Assembly (NCBI GenBank): GCA_965200315.1
Contig: OZ241362.1
Coordinates: 3,456,001 to 3,520,000, forward strand
DNA length: 64,000 nt
Reading direction: 5' to 3'
Source: Candidatus Latescibacterota bacterium
GTDB lineage: Bacteria; Latescibacterota; UBA2968; UBA8231
Part shown: positions 38,460 to 51,200 of the stretch, in pieces
Numbering within the stretch: position 1 is the first letter of the stretch
How the letters are laid out: each line of letters begins with the position of its first letter
Notes under the pieces: model-generated
The model's input: only the letters and a program-made list of their open reading frames with translations
The model's database searches: none
Told to the model about the DNA's origin: nothing
Made by a program: the position numbers and the translations under genes

Positions 38460-39055
38460 ACGTTGTCTGGCTCCATCCAAGCGACCAACTGGCGCACGAT
38501 GCGAAAGGTTAGCCCCCACAACAGCGGCCGGCCCGGCCCCAACAGGTCAAGCGCCGGAAATGTCTGCTCTGCGCCGCGGCGTTGCAGTCGGTACTGAGTC
38601 CGCTTACCGGGATCGCGCAATGGGTCGGCCCCCACCCAAAAGACCGACTCGATCTCGTGATTGAGGACCAAGGCCGCTGGCGTCTCCAGGCAATAGACGA
38701 AGCCAGATACCACCACTGGCAACATGTGTCCGGTCAAGTCATCGACTCGGCCCCAATACTCGGCATTGGACAGATCGAGCCCGACCTCCTCCAAGGTCTC
38801 GCGCTCGGCCGCCGCTCGCGGCGACGGATCGTCTGCCTCAATGCGCCCGCCGGGAAAGGCGATATGCCCGGACCAAGGATCGTCCGGGTGCTGGGCGCGT
38901 TCGATAAAGAGCAACTGCAAGCCCTCCGGCGTCGGCCCCAAGACCACGGACACCGCGGCTCGCGTCTTGTCCGTAGCGCCGACGAGGTAGGGTTGGTGCT
39001 GAGCGAGCCTCACCTGCACCGCAGCCCAAGCGCCTAGATCCACGATCGCTTCCAA
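38456..39055 (-). CDS. Nudix hydrolase, CoA pyrophosphatase (NudL-like)
   Basis: WSGHIAFPGG, AAERETLEEVGL, LWGLT. Confidence 0.9.
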   Translation of the reverse strand: MEAIVDLGAWAAVQVRLAQHQPYLVGATDKTRAAVSVVLGPTPEGLQLLFIERAQHPDDPWSGHIAFPGGRIEADDPSPRAAAERETLEEVGLDLSNAEYWGRVDDLTGHMLPVVVSGFVYCLETPAALVLNHEIESVFWVGADPLRDPGKRTQYRLQRRGAEQTFPALDLLGPGRPLLWGLTFRIVRQLVAWMEPDNV

Positions 39056-39058
39056 TCG

Positions 39059-40522
39059 CTAAATGTCGTCGAAGGGATAGAGTTTGCGACCCAGCCGCTT
39101 AAAGGCCAGTTTGGCATCGGCCGGAGCGTGTACCGACGGTTCGGAGATCACTTGGATTTGGCCGGCCCACGGCTCAAAACCAGCGCGGAAATGGGCTGCG
39201 GACTTGACGCCGACATAGCGCATCTGCTTTGGGTCCAAGCCCAAAGTGCGGGAAAACGCCGTGCAAAACGGTTGCTCGCGCTTGTTCACCAACAGCACGT
39301 GTACGCCGCCTTGGCGGATGTGGGCTGAGGGCCCCATGGTGCCATCTAAGCCGGCGTACATCGGTCCGTCGTAGCGGAAGGCTCCGTCGCTCAAGGCCAC
39401 TACTTCGGCCCGCATGGCGCAAGGCTCGCCTTGTAAGGAAGACGCCTTGCCGCCCACCTCTAAATCGATCACCGCACCGACGCCCGCTTGGTGGCAAGCG
39501 GCCACGGCTTCGGGGTCGACGATGTACAGTACGCAGGCGTCTTGTAGATCGGCTGCTAAAAAAGTCCGCAATAGCCCGGTGCTGTCGCCGGGCGAACCGC
39601 CGCCGGTATTGTCGTTGCGATCGGCCAAGATCACGGGGTAGCGATCCGTCTTGTCGGCTGCTTGCAGTGCTTCTGTGGTAGAGGGCATGGCCGCCTGCCA
39701 ATCGGCCCGACGCTCCCAGAGCCAAGCGGCCAACTCGTCGGCGCAGGATTGGGCTAGGGCGGGGTCGTTGTCGGTGGCTACGTACACCGATGCACCCATA
39801 TCGGGGATGTCGGCTAGGGGGAAACAGGTGGCTATGGAGCCGCAGATCACGCCGGGCCGCGCCTCAATCCGCTGCAGGTATTCGATGGCTTGGCGCATGG
39901 GTGGATGGGCCGTCACTTGGTTCATGCCCCAGACTAGGGGCAGTTGGTGCAAGGCCATGGTCGGCCGCACGCCTTCCCGCACCATGCTCACCAGCACATC
40001 GGCGCACTCGCGGCCTCTCGGTGCCATATCGACCTCTGGATAGGTCTCCCGCCCAATCAGGACATCGGCAGTCTCGATCATGGCGTGGGAGACATTGGAG
40101 TGGATGTCCAGTTGCCCGACAACGGGCATATCTGGGCCGACTAAACGGCGCACCGCAGCCAAGATGTGCCCTTCGGCGTCGTCAATGCCCTCGGCTACCA
40201 TGGCCCCGTGCAATTCCAGTAAAACCCCGTCGATAGCACCCGCCGCTTCGATGCCGTCGAGCAGTTCGTCCACTAGCCGGTCGAAAATGGGGCGAGGTGT
40301 CGGGGCGCTGGGGAAAGCCTCGGCTAACATCGTTGGCACTGCTTCAAAGCCGTGCGCCTCGGCCCCTTCGATGAAACCGCCTATAGGCGTATTGACCCCG
40401 GTAAAGCGCTCGACGATTGCCGCACCGTGGAGATAGCTGCGCTCCCGGAAACTGTCCAAGGTGGTGGCTACGTTCGTGAAGGTACTGCTCTCGTGGGAAA
40501 TGCCTCCGATTGCTACGCGCAT
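39059..40522 (-). CDS. mlrC: M81/MlrC-family metallopeptidase
   Basis: GGISHESSTF, LHGAMV, DAEG, LDIHSN, DNTGGG.PGD, VKSAAHFRA. Confidence 0.9.
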   Translation of the reverse strand: MRVAIGGISHESSTFTNVATTLDSFRERSYLHGAAIVERFTGVNTPIGGFIEGAEAHGFEAVPTMLAEAFPSAPTPRPIFDRLVDELLDGIEAAGAIDGVLLELHGAMVAEGIDDAEGHILAAVRRLVGPDMPVVGQLDIHSNVSHAMIETADVLIGRETYPEVDMAPRGRECADVLVSMVREGVRPTMALHQLPLVWGMNQVTAHPPMRQAIEYLQRIEARPGVICGSIATCFPLADIPDMGASVYVATDNDPALAQSCADELAAWLWERRADWQAAMPSTTEALQAADKTDRYPVILADRNDNTGGGSPGDSTGLLRTFLAADLQDACVLYIVDPEAVAACHQAGVGAVIDLEVGGKASSLQGEPCAMRAEVVALSDGAFRYDGPMYAGLDGTMGPSAHIRQGGVHVLLVNKREQPFCTAFSRTLGLDPKQMRYVGVKSAAHFRAGFEPWAGQIQVISEPSVHAPADAKLAFKRLGRKLYPFDDI

Positions 40523-40613
40523 CTGCTGCTCCTTTCGGTTTTTTGCCCTAAAAACTTGGCCTGCGGTCATGTCCTCAATGCAAAGCCGCTTGAACTGATA
40601 TATATTTTTTGAA

Positions 40614-40880
40614 CTGATGTTACGTAGTTTTCATATAGCCTGTGCCGCTTCCTGCCGCTCCCCGTTGTCATTCCCGCGCAAGAACGTCACCCCGTGCCCC
40701 GACACGGGGCAGGAATCCAGCTCAACCCCTCGGCCTGTTGTCTATGGGCAGGCTCCGGCCGGCGGCTTTGCGGCGCGTTCTAGATGCCTGCTTGCGGAGC
40801 GCAGGCAGGACCGGCGGGGATACAGGGATACCATCCTGCCCGGGCAGTGCCCAAGCGGGCTGAAAGATGCGTAACATCGG
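40614..40880. mobile_element. MITE-like element (same ends as 20648) filled with REP-like hairpins
   Basis: CTGATGTTACGTAGTTTTCA / TGAAAGATGCGTAACATCGG inverted ends; internal GTCATTCCCGCG..GGAATCCA, CCCCGTG..CACGGGG, GCCTGC..GCAGGC. Confidence 0.6.
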
Positions 40881-40929
40881 TTGCAAATATAAGGCTCTAA
40901 TACTTCCATTCCCAAAGGAGCAATAATTT

Positions 40930-43302
40930 ATGCACAAGGTGGTCTATATGTCGATCTTGGCGACCTTGTTGGTCGTCTGCCCGCTAGCAGCCCAGACGGA
41001 GGCCAGCCTAAGTGGCGCAGTAACCGACGAGACTACTGGCGAGCCGCTGTTCGGGGCCACTATTCGCCTCGTGGGGACCTTGCTGGGGACCTCTACGAAT
41101 ATGAACGGTCAGTTTACATTGCCTATCGTGCCTCCGGGTGCCTATCAAGTGGAAATCAGTCTCATCGGTTATTCTACCTTCACCGATACCGTGCGGGTAG
41201 CCCCTAAAGAGAAGGCCCGCTTGGTCGTCGCCCTGACCCCCAGCCCCTTGCACATGGGCGAAATGCTGATTCATGGCGAACGGGCCTTCTCGGCGGCTTC
41301 CTCGCGGGCCGTGCGCCAATTCGACCTGCACATCCGGCCCAATCGCACGGCCCATCAGATGTTGCAACTCATGCCAGGGCTCATCATTGCCCAGCACGCT
41401 GGCGGCGGTAAAGCCGAACAGATCTTTCTACGCGGCTTTGACGCCGACCACGGCACCGATGTGGCCATTTCGGTGGATGGGGTGCCCGTGAATATGGTCT
41501 CCCACGGCCACGGGCAAGGCTACGCCGACCTGCACTTCCTCATTCCCCAAGTAGTCGAGAGTTTGGACGTCAAGAAAGGGCCGTACTTCGCCAAATTTGG
41601 CAATCTGGCTACGGCCGGGGCCATCGCCTATCACACCCGCGACCATCTCGACAACAATGCCATTCATCTCGAAGGAGGAGGTTTCAATACGGCCCAGTAC
41701 ACCATGCTCTATCAGATTCCGCTGGCCGGTCCCGAGCAAAGTGCCTATTTCGCCGGCAAGTACTATCGCACCGACGGCCCGGTCGAGCAGCCTCAGGGCC
41801 TACAGCGACTCAACATCTTCGGCAAGTACCATACTCGTCTTTCCGATCAAGCCATCCTCACCCTGACCACCAGCGGGTTCAGTTCGGCTTGGAACGCCTC
41901 TGGGCAGGTCCCCCAACGGGCAATAGACGAGGGCCTCATCAACCGCTGGGGGGCTATTGACGATTTGGAAGGTGGCATCACCGGCCGCCAAGATGTCCAA
42001 GTCAACTTCCACGTCCAAGGGACGGACCACAGTGACTTCAACCTACAGGCGTACTGGGTCAACTATCAGTTCAAACTGTTCTCCAATTTCACCTTCTTCC
42101 TCGATGATCCCGAGCGCGGCGACACCATCGAACAGACCGATGCCCGCCGGGTCGCCGGGATCAACAGCGACTATACCTTCCACCACGACTGGGGGCCCCT
42201 AGCCCATACCACCATAGGGGGCGGCCTGCGCACCGATAATGCAGCCGTGGGTTTGTGGAAAAGCCCCGATCGCCAACGCCTCGCCCCTCTGGTCGAGGCC
42301 GATGTTGTGGAGCGCAACCTGTTTTTGTGGGCCCAAGAGGAGATTGTCCTCACCCCGCGCCTGCAACTGGTGCTGGGCCTACGCGGCGATTATTTCACCT
42401 TCAATGTCGACGACCATCTCGAAGGGCACTCCACCGACTTGCCTCACGCTTCGGGCTTTGCCCAAGCCTCCATACTCAGCCCGAAAGCGTCCCTAGTGTA
42501 TAGCCCTATCCACGCCCTAGACCTTTTTGCCAATTTTGGCACCGGGTTTCACTCCAACGACGCCCGCAACAACGTCATCGACGCCCGCGCCTCGCAGATT
42601 CGTCGGGCCATACAGCGCGATGGGCGCAGCGAGGCCGATGTTGCCGCCGAGTTAGCAGAGTGGAACATCGATCCGGGACACCTCGAAGAAGGGACCTTAC
42701 CTCGGGCTGTGGGGGCCGAAACCGGCCTTCGGACCCGCTTGTTCGACCGGTTGACTTTGGGGGCGGCTCTGTGGTGGATGGACTTGGAGAGCGAATTCGT
42801 ATTTGTCGGCGATGCCGGCACCACCGAAGCCAGCGGAAAAACTCGGCGGTCGGGGCTGGATCTAGAAGCCCGTCTCCAACTGTGCTCTTGGCTGTGGGTT
42901 GATACCGACCTCAATTTTTCCCGAGGTAAGGCGGTGGACGAACCCGATGGTGCCGATAAAATTCCGCTGGCTCCCAACGGAACCTCTACTGGCGGCTTGA
43001 CTTGGCACCACCCCAATGGCTTGGAAGGCAGCTTGCGCTACCGCCATATCGACGATCGGCCCGCCAACGAGGATGGCAGTGTCACGGCTACGGGCTACAC
43101 TGTAGTCGATTTCAGCGGTGCCTATCAGCGAGGGGTTTGGCGGTTTAATTTGGGCGTAGAGAACGTGCTCAACACGACGTGGAACGAAGCGCAATTCGAC
43201 ACCGAATCGCGCCTGCGGGACGAAAAGGAACCTGTTTCCGAGATCCACTTCACCCCGGGAAACCCTATCAATATGCGGCTGGGGGTGAGTTTGCTGTTTT
43301 AA
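40930..43302 (+). CDS. TonB-dependent receptor with N-terminal carboxypeptidase-regulatory-like domain
   Basis: Signal peptide, GAVTDETTGEPL, plug QHAGGGKAEQIFLRGFDADHGTD, HGHGQGYAD, terminal Phe. Confidence 0.92.
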   Translation: MHKVVYMSILATLLVVCPLAAQTEASLSGAVTDETTGEPLFGATIRLVGTLLGTSTNMNGQFTLPIVPPGAYQVEISLIGYSTFTDTVRVAPKEKARLVVALTPSPLHMGEMLIHGERAFSAASSRAVRQFDLHIRPNRTAHQMLQLMPGLIIAQHAGGGKAEQIFLRGFDADHGTDVAISVDGVPVNMVSHGHGQGYADLHFLIPQVVESLDVKKGPYFAKFGNLATAGAIAYHTRDHLDNNAIHLEGGGFNTAQYTMLYQIPLAGPEQSAYFAGKYYRTDGPVEQPQGLQRLNIFGKYHTRLSDQAILTLTTSGFSSAWNASGQVPQRAIDEGLINRWGAIDDLEGGITGRQDVQVNFHVQGTDHSDFNLQAYWVNYQFKLFSNFTFFLDDPERGDTIEQTDARRVAGINSDYTFHHDWGPLAHTTIGGGLRTDNAAVGLWKSPDRQRLAPLVEADVVERNLFLWAQEEIVLTPRLQLVLGLRGDYFTFNVDDHLEGHSTDLPHASGFAQASILSPKASLVYSPIHALDLFANFGTGFHSNDARNNVIDARASQIRRAIQRDGRSEADVAAELAEWNIDPGHLEEGTLPRAVGAETGLRTRLFDRLTLGAALWWMDLESEFVFVGDAGTTEASGKTRRSGLDLEARLQLCSWLWVDTDLNFSRGKAVDEPDGADKIPLAPNGTSTGGLTWHHPNGLEGSLRYRHIDDRPANEDGSVTATGYTVVDFSGAYQRGVWRFNLGVENVLNTTWNEAQFDTESRLRDEKEPVSEIHFTPGNPINMRLGVSLLF

Positions 43303-44068
43303 GAAGCGGTCTGAACGGGGCTCTCCAACATCAAAGTGCTTTAGTATCGTCTTTATCGCTTCAATGCTGTTATCTACACCTATCCAGTTGCGTTGCATTT
43401 CGTCTGCAACAGCAAGGGTTGTCCCAGAACCAGCAAAACAGTCAAGCACCATATCACCAGGATTAGAAGAAGCAGCAATAATTCTTCTAACTAATCCTGG
43501 ATTCTTTTCAGTTGGGTAGCCAGTAATTTTTATATTCTGGTTATGTGCATCGCCGAACTCCAACCATATATCCTGAACACCAACGCCCGGGTGTTTGTCG
43601 AGATAAACCTTTCTTCTTGGATTTCCGTTCTTCGACCAGCATATTTCTCCTCTCGCGTCCATTTCATCCAGCATTTCAGGCGTGTACTGCCAGTGTTTGC
43701 CTGGGGGAGGCATTTTATTCCTCCATGGCTTACCAGTTTTTCCCTTGCGCGTTCCCGGAGCATGAACAGGGACTTTCATATACTTCCGCCCAGTGCCCTC
43801 TTCGAAGTACTGGTATTCTTTTTTGCTGTCTACAGATAACGGAACAGTTTGTTTATTCCAGATATAATTATCTGTTTTGGTATAGAAGAGTACGAAATCT
43901 GCGATGTTGCCGTATGTTTTTCGCGTATAGTTTTTAGGATTACATTTCTTCCGAACAATTATATTTCTGTAGTTTTCTGATCCAAATACTTCATCCATGA
44001 TGAGTTTCATTTCAAAAATCATTTTTTCATCTAAGGGCATTGTCTTTTTTGGGGATACCGATTGCCAT
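43303..44068 (-). pseudogene. Beta-class amino-DNA methyltransferase remnant (catalytic DPPY region deleted)
   Basis: Start MAIGIPKKD joined out of frame to LDEKMIF..MDEVFG; retains YPTEK and motif I VLDCFAGSGTT; AT-rich. Confidence 0.8.
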
Positions 44069-44080
44069 ATCTAATACCCT

Positions 44081-44740
44081 TTAGGAGTGTAACCAGTCCA
44101 TAGTGATACGCTCAGAGAACATTCTGAGTGTTACGACTTTCACTCTCCCAAGCCATGAATCTTCAATATAGGCGTAATCGCTTCACATTGAACCAAGAAG
44201 TAAACCTGGGCCATCGTTTAAGAATATCACTTTCACGTCTATGCCTTTTGATTCAGCATACCCGAGGATTTCACTTGCACAATCTCGATACTGACCTGTT
44301 CTATCGTCTTCTTGTGTTCCACCTCGATCAGAATCATAACGGGCCAAACCTATGGCGATTGGGTTGCCGTCGCTGAGCAATACAAAATCGACTGGACGTC
44401 CGGTTTGGGATAGTTTTCAAAAATTTCGCCAAGGGGCACGTCTTTTCCGGCACACTCTGGCCCAATAATATCAAGTTCAGAATATCCCTCTCGGATTATT
44501 GCGAATAAACGTTCTGTCAGGTCATACCCCTTCTCGCCGCGAACCTTATATTCCCAAAGAATAGCGCATAATGCCTCATCGGGCATGGGACGCGATTGGA
44601 ATGCCGACTGCACTTCGTTAATTGCACGAAAGCCTTTGCCAAACTGGTCGCATATATTTTGAGCCGCAGATTTCTTCTTCAGCATTTCTACTGGAGTTTT
44701 CGGGCTTACATATTTCCTAAATACTCGGCATAACTGTAAC
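44081..44740 (-). pseudogene. Type II restriction endonuclease remnant (possibly BstEII/EcaI-like)
   Basis: EYKVRGEKGYDLT, frameshift, ARYDSDRGGTQEDDRTG, IFLNDGPGLLLGSM* nonsense; 5' end missing; directly upstream of the MTase. Confidence 0.6.
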
Positions 44741-44976
44741 TTGCGAAACGGCTCGCACCGAGGCTGCTCCCAAGCCAACATGCCGCCTAAATCCTTGCAC
44801 CGCAAGGTGCCTTGCATCGCCTGCGAATCGTCGGCCGGCGAGCGAGCGATCTCGCCCATAAGGTCGCGGTGGCGGTCGATACTAGCGTTGAATTGGGCTA
44901 CCTCCTCGGCAGTCAGCACATCTTTGAGAACCGAATAGCCCGTCAGGTCAAAGAGGTACTTGCCGCCTGCGTTCAT
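44741..44976 (-). pseudogene. N-terminal fragment of a PhyH-family dioxygenase fused in frame to the REase remnant
   Basis: KYLFDLTGY..GMLAWEQPRCEPFR parallels the intact paralogue at 53354-54190 (KFLFDLQGF..GMLTWEQPHCQPFR). Confidence 0.75.
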
Positions 44977-45069
44977 GGCGGCTCCTTTGGAGTAAGTTAC
45001 GCTGAGAAGATGGCAAACTATCGCGCAGCAGAGTAGCCCATTGTCGCTGATTTTCCGTAATTATTGCTT

Positions 45070-46991
<1,922 letters not shown>

Positions 46992-46995
<4 letters not shown>

Positions 46996-47372
46996 AACGC
47001 AGAAACATACCGACTAGCAGCCCGTTTGGCGCAGAATTCGGTTATTCGCGCGCCGTGCGCGTGGATCGTCACGTCCACGTCGCTGGCACCTGCGCCCAGC
47101 CCCCGCACGACCAAGGCGATGCCTACGAGCAGGCCAAGGGCGCGTTGGGGATCATCGCCAAGGCGCTTGAGGAGACCGGAGCTAGCCTCGGCGATGTGGT
47201 GCGGACGGTCGTGTACATCACCGATGAAGCCCATGCCGCTGGCGTCACCCGCGCTCACCGCGAGGTGTTTGGCGCGATTTTGCCGGCCTCGACCTTGGTC
47301 GTAATAGCCGCGCTGCTAAAGCCGCACTTGGTCGTCGAGATCGAAGCGTACGCCATTTTGCCCAGCGCGTGA
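46992..47372 (+). CDS. RidA/YjgF-family protein
   Basis: GYSRAVRV, DVVRT, PASTLV, VEIEA. Confidence 0.9.
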
Positions 47373-48442
47373 ACAAAGATAGTCAGGTCCTGTCCATCGG
47401 CGTGTTGGGCTGCGGCCCCATCGCCCAATTCGCCCACTTTGAGTCGTGCATTAAGGGGCGCAATACGCGCCTGTACGCGCTGTGCGACCAAGCGCCGGAT
47501 TTAGTCGAGCGCATGGCGGCCGTTCACCAGCCGGAGAAAACCTACGCCGACTTTGCCGACATGCTCGCGGACCCGCAGGTGGAAGCGGTCATCATCGCCA
47601 CGGCCGATCCGTTCCACGTTCCGCTCAGCTTGCAGGCGCTGGCGGCTGGCAAACACGTCTTGGTGGAAAAGCCGCTGGGCACCAGCGTGGAGGAGTGCGA
47701 GGACTTGCGCCGGGCCATCGCCGACTCGGGCTGTACGCTCCAAGTAGGGCACATGAAGCGCTTTGATCCCGGCATTGCTTTTGCCCGGCAGTTCATCCGC
47801 GAGGAGATGGGGTCGCTGTTGGCCCTGAAGGCTTGGTACTGCGATTCGACCTATCGCTACACCATGACCGACAACCTCCAGCCCCTGCCGCTGCACAGCG
47901 CGGCGGCGCGCAAGCCAGCGGGCGATCCCAAGGCTGACAAGCGGTGCTACTTCATGCTGACGCACGGCTCGCATCTCATCGACCTAGCTCGCTTTTTGGG
48001 CGGCCCGCTCGCGGCCGTGCGCGGCCGATGCAAGGAGATGTTCGGGGCGTATTCTTGGTTTGTCGAAGTGGAGTTCGCCAGCGGCGGCCAAGGGCATCTC
48101 GACCTGACGGTCGCCGTGCGCATGGACTACCACGAGGGCTTTCACATTTATGGAGAGCACGGCAGTGTGGTCGGCAAGACCTACCTGCCGTGGTTTTTGA
48201 AATCCAGCGATGTCGAGTGCTTCTCCACGCGCGATGGCCAGTATCGCCGGCCGCTAGGGGCCGACGCGCATTTCTACCGCCTCCAACTCGAAGGTTTTGC
48301 CGACGTCGTCCTGCACGGTGCGCCCCAAATGGGGGCCGATGTGGAGGATGGAACCCAAACGATGCGGGCCATGGCCGCCATTGCCCGCTCGGTAGCCAGC
48401 GGCGATTGGGTCCGCTTGGCGACCGTCACCGGCGGCGTATAA
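47369..48442 (+). CDS. Gfo/Idh/MocA-family oxidoreductase
   Basis: GVLGCGPIA, GKHVLVEKP, HMKRFDP. Confidence 0.9.
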   Translation: MNKDSQVLSIGVLGCGPIAQFAHFESCIKGRNTRLYALCDQAPDLVERMAAVHQPEKTYADFADMLADPQVEAVIIATADPFHVPLSLQALAAGKHVLVEKPLGTSVEECEDLRRAIADSGCTLQVGHMKRFDPGIAFARQFIREEMGSLLALKAWYCDSTYRYTMTDNLQPLPLHSAAARKPAGDPKADKRCYFMLTHGSHLIDLARFLGGPLAAVRGRCKEMFGAYSWFVEVEFASGGQGHLDLTVAVRMDYHEGFHIYGEHGSVVGKTYLPWFLKSSDVECFSTRDGQYRRPLGADAHFYRLQLEGFADVVLHGAPQMGADVEDGTQTMRAMAAIARSVASGDWVRLATVTGGV

Positions 48443-48447
48443 TACCT

Positions 48448-49971
48448 ATGTCCTCAGCCAACCCTCGCTTATGGCCCCTCTACCTGCTCGGCGGCGTTGT
48501 CGTCCTAGCGCTCCTGTGGGTCTGGTTGCCCGAAGCCCCTCATCGACAGCGACAGATGATGAGCACGATGGCCGTCTTCATGCTGGCCGTTTTCTTCGCT
48601 TTGCTCTGGTTGCTCTTTGCGTCGCGGCTAGCTTGGGGCCGGCGCCTGCGCTATTTTGGCGGCATCGTCTTTGCCATTGCGCTTGGCATTGGGCTTTTTC
48701 GCATCAAGGGTATGAGCGGCGACTTCGCCCCGATTCTCGAATGGCGTTGGAGTACTGAGGGCGATGCCACCGCGGTCGAAGGAGGAGACGCAACCGCGCT
48801 CGACGCCCGCGATTGGCCGCAATTTCTCGGCCCCGAGCGCAACAACCGCCTGCGCGGCGTCCGCCTTGAGCGCGACTGGACCAAGCACTCGCCGCGCGAA
48901 ATCTGGCGTCGCCCCGTTGGCGCAGCGTGGTCTTCCTTTGCCATTGTCGGCGGCCGGGCCGTAACGCAGGAGCAACACGGCCCCGAGGAGCAGGTCGTCT
49001 GCTACGACTTGGCCACGGGCCGCAAGCTCTGGCAACACGCCGATTCGACTCGCTACGAGACCGCCATAGCCGGCATTGGTCCGCGCGCTACGCCCACCAT
49101 CGCCGGAGACCGGGTTTTCACGCTGGGTGCTACTGGGATCCTCAATTGTTTAGATCTGGCCAGCGGGGCGCTGATTTGGTCGCGGGATATTCTCACCGGC
49201 AACCAGGCGAAGGCCCATATGTGGGGCATTAGCTGTTCGCCGTTGGTTCTCGACAGCTTGGTTGTGGTCAGTGCTGGAGGCCCGGATGAGCGCTCGCTAG
49301 TGGCCTATCACCGCCAAACCGGCGCGTTTGTCTGGGGCGGGGGCGCAGACAAGGCCGGCTTCAGCTCGCCGCGTCTGGTCACTTTGGCTGGACGCGAGCA
49401 GATCTTGATCTTCAACAGCTACAGCGTCGTTGCACACGATCCGCAGAGCGGCGTTCCCCTCTGGCGTCAGCCCTGGGATCAGGTCGAATGCGTCGCCAAT
49501 CCCCTGCCTTTGCCCGGCGATCGGGTTTTGGTCTCCACCGGCTATGGCATTGGCGCCAAGCTGTACCAAGTAAACGCCGCGCCCGACGGCCGCTTGACGA
49601 GCGATGTCGTCTGGAAAAGCCCCCGGCTCAAGGCCAAGTTTGCCAACATGGTCTATCGCGCTGGTTTTGTCTATGGTCTCGACGATGGGGTGCTCGTCTG
49701 CCTCGACCCGCAAGACGGCAAGCGCCGCTGGAAGCGCGGGCGCTACGGCCACGGCCAGCTCATCCTGATAGACGATATCCTGCTAATAATGAGCGAATCG
49801 GGCGACGTGGTACTGGTCGAGGCCCGCCCGGACCGCCACGTTGAACTGGCGCGCATGACGGCCTTCGCGGGCAAAACTTGGAATGCCCCGGCCCTTGCCA
49901 CACCCTATCTGTTGGTGCGCACCGACAGCGAGGCCGCCTGCTACGAGCTGGCACTGGCAGATGGTGCCTAG
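48448..49971 (+). CDS. Membrane-anchored PQQ-like beta-propeller protein
   Basis: Three N-terminal TM helices, DWPQFLGP, repeated C.D..TG..LW units. Confidence 0.85.
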   Translation: MSSANPRLWPLYLLGGVVVLALLWVWLPEAPHRQRQMMSTMAVFMLAVFFALLWLLFASRLAWGRRLRYFGGIVFAIALGIGLFRIKGMSGDFAPILEWRWSTEGDATAVEGGDATALDARDWPQFLGPERNNRLRGVRLERDWTKHSPREIWRRPVGAAWSSFAIVGGRAVTQEQHGPEEQVVCYDLATGRKLWQHADSTRYETAIAGIGPRATPTIAGDRVFTLGATGILNCLDLASGALIWSRDILTGNQAKAHMWGISCSPLVLDSLVVVSAGGPDERSLVAYHRQTGAFVWGGGADKAGFSSPRLVTLAGREQILIFNSYSVVAHDPQSGVPLWRQPWDQVECVANPLPLPGDRVLVSTGYGIGAKLYQVNAAPDGRLTSDVVWKSPRLKAKFANMVYRAGFVYGLDDGVLVCLDPQDGKRRWKRGRYGHGQLILIDDILLIMSESGDVVLVEARPDRHVELARMTAFAGKTWNAPALATPYLLVRTDSEAACYELALADGA

Positions 49972-50164
49972 GCGCAACGCTTCTAACAGGGAGGCCGTGG
50001 GTCAGCTCGGCGTCCTCGGGCTCGGTCAAAGCCCACTCCCTAGGACCATCCACGCTTCTTTTATCTCGCTTTTCGCTCCCCGATGCCGACGCAACCGGGC
50101 GGATTTGCCCGCTGCTCTGCCAATCGCCTTAATAGAGGGCCAAGCACTCGTAAGGAGGAAAGTC

Positions 50165-51034
50165 ATGGAAGACTATTCGCACATTCAGAAGCCAGACTTG
50201 GGCTATCGCTATGAGTTTGCCACCGACGAGCTCGACGCGATGGACAAATGCTTGGAGGCGCATGGCTTCGCGATAATTAAAGACGTACTGCCGCCGGAGA
50301 TCGTCGCCCGGCTCAAGCAGGCGGTGTGGGACGGCACGGACCCAGAGCGCACGTTGCAGCCGGGCGAAAGCCGCACGCGGCACGCTTGGATCGAGTCCGG
50401 CCCGGGTGCTTGGGAGGTGCTCGACTACGCGCCCTTCATGGACATTCACCGGCACCTGATCGGCACCGACGAGTTGACGATTCACCGCTCGGCTGCCATC
50501 ATCCGCCTGACCGGTTCCGCTCCGGTAGGGTGGCATACTGATTGGTGCGGCTATTCGACTGAGATCAAGCACTCGGGCGATGTGCTCAATCGCGGGTTGT
50601 GGCCGTCGGGTAAATGGTTTTACCTGACCGGTTCGCGGCCCGAGCACGGCGGCCTGTGCGTCATTGAGGATTCTCACGTTGAAAATTGGGAGGGGCCGGA
50701 GGGATTTTGCCTGACGGCCGACCGGCGCTCCTTCTACCCAGAAGGCACGGAGGAACGCAGCTACAACGGCTTCGACATCCCCGGCCTCGTCCCCCTTTTC
50801 ACCAATGGCGGCGACATGATCGTCTTCGCCCATCGCACGTATCACGGCGCGTTCCCCAACCGCACCGAAGAGACACGCCTCTCCTGCGGCATCGGCTTCC
50901 GCGCCCGCAGTCACCGCATCGACATCCCCTGGGAAATCCCCGAGGAAGGCCAGCGGTTTTTGGCCAACCTACCCGATCACTTGCGCCGCTATACGGATGG
51001 GTACACGAGCATCAATTTGGCGTGGCAGGGGTAG
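50165..51034 (+). CDS. PhyH-family Fe(II)/2OG dioxygenase
   Basis: HGFAIIKDVL, WHTD, GDMIVFAHRTYH, RLS; AAGGAGG RBS. Confidence 0.82.
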   Translation: MEDYSHIQKPDLGYRYEFATDELDAMDKCLEAHGFAIIKDVLPPEIVARLKQAVWDGTDPERTLQPGESRTRHAWIESGPGAWEVLDYAPFMDIHRHLIGTDELTIHRSAAIIRLTGSAPVGWHTDWCGYSTEIKHSGDVLNRGLWPSGKWFYLTGSRPEHGGLCVIEDSHVENWEGPEGFCLTADRRSFYPEGTEERSYNGFDIPGLVPLFTNGGDMIVFAHRTYHGAFPNRTEETRLSCGIGFRARSHRIDIPWEIPEEGQRFLANLPDHLRRYTDGYTSINLAWQG

Positions 51035-51072
51035 GGACAATTCCATAAGCAAACCAAAGACAGCAAGCGAAG

Positions 51073-51106
51073 GCCCCGGTAGTATTTCTACTATCGGGGC
51101 TTTTTT
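51073..51106 (+). terminator. Rho-independent terminator
   Basis: GCCCCGGTAGTA-TTTC-TACTATCGGGGC followed by TTTTTT. Confidence 0.85.
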
Positions 51107-51166
51107 AATTTTCGTCTAGCTGTGTCTCACCCATGTTGGGAGTTGTTGAGACGGAGAAATTTTTAA

Positions 51167-51196
51167 TTGACAAGGGAGAAATATCCCTTTTATTAT
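51167..51196 (+). promoter_or_regulatory. Sigma70-type promoter with an operator-like palindrome in the spacer
   Basis: TTGACA-18-TATTAT; AAGGGA-N6-TCCCTT overlaps the spacer. Confidence 0.6.
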
Positions 51197-51200
51197 TTTT

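Noticed and set aside
40866-40890. Zur/Fur-like box upstream of the TonB receptor
   Set aside because: The apparent half-palindrome is better explained as the right end of the 40614-40880 element.
42862-43302. Methyltransferase ORF overlapping the TonB receptor by 440 bp
   Set aside because: Read-through of a truncated gene into the antisense strand; not a real overlap.
47944-48447. N-terminal 168-aa extension of the PQQ-propeller ORF
   Set aside because: Overlaps the oxidoreductase gene and is low-complexity; the ATG at 48448 is the plausible start.
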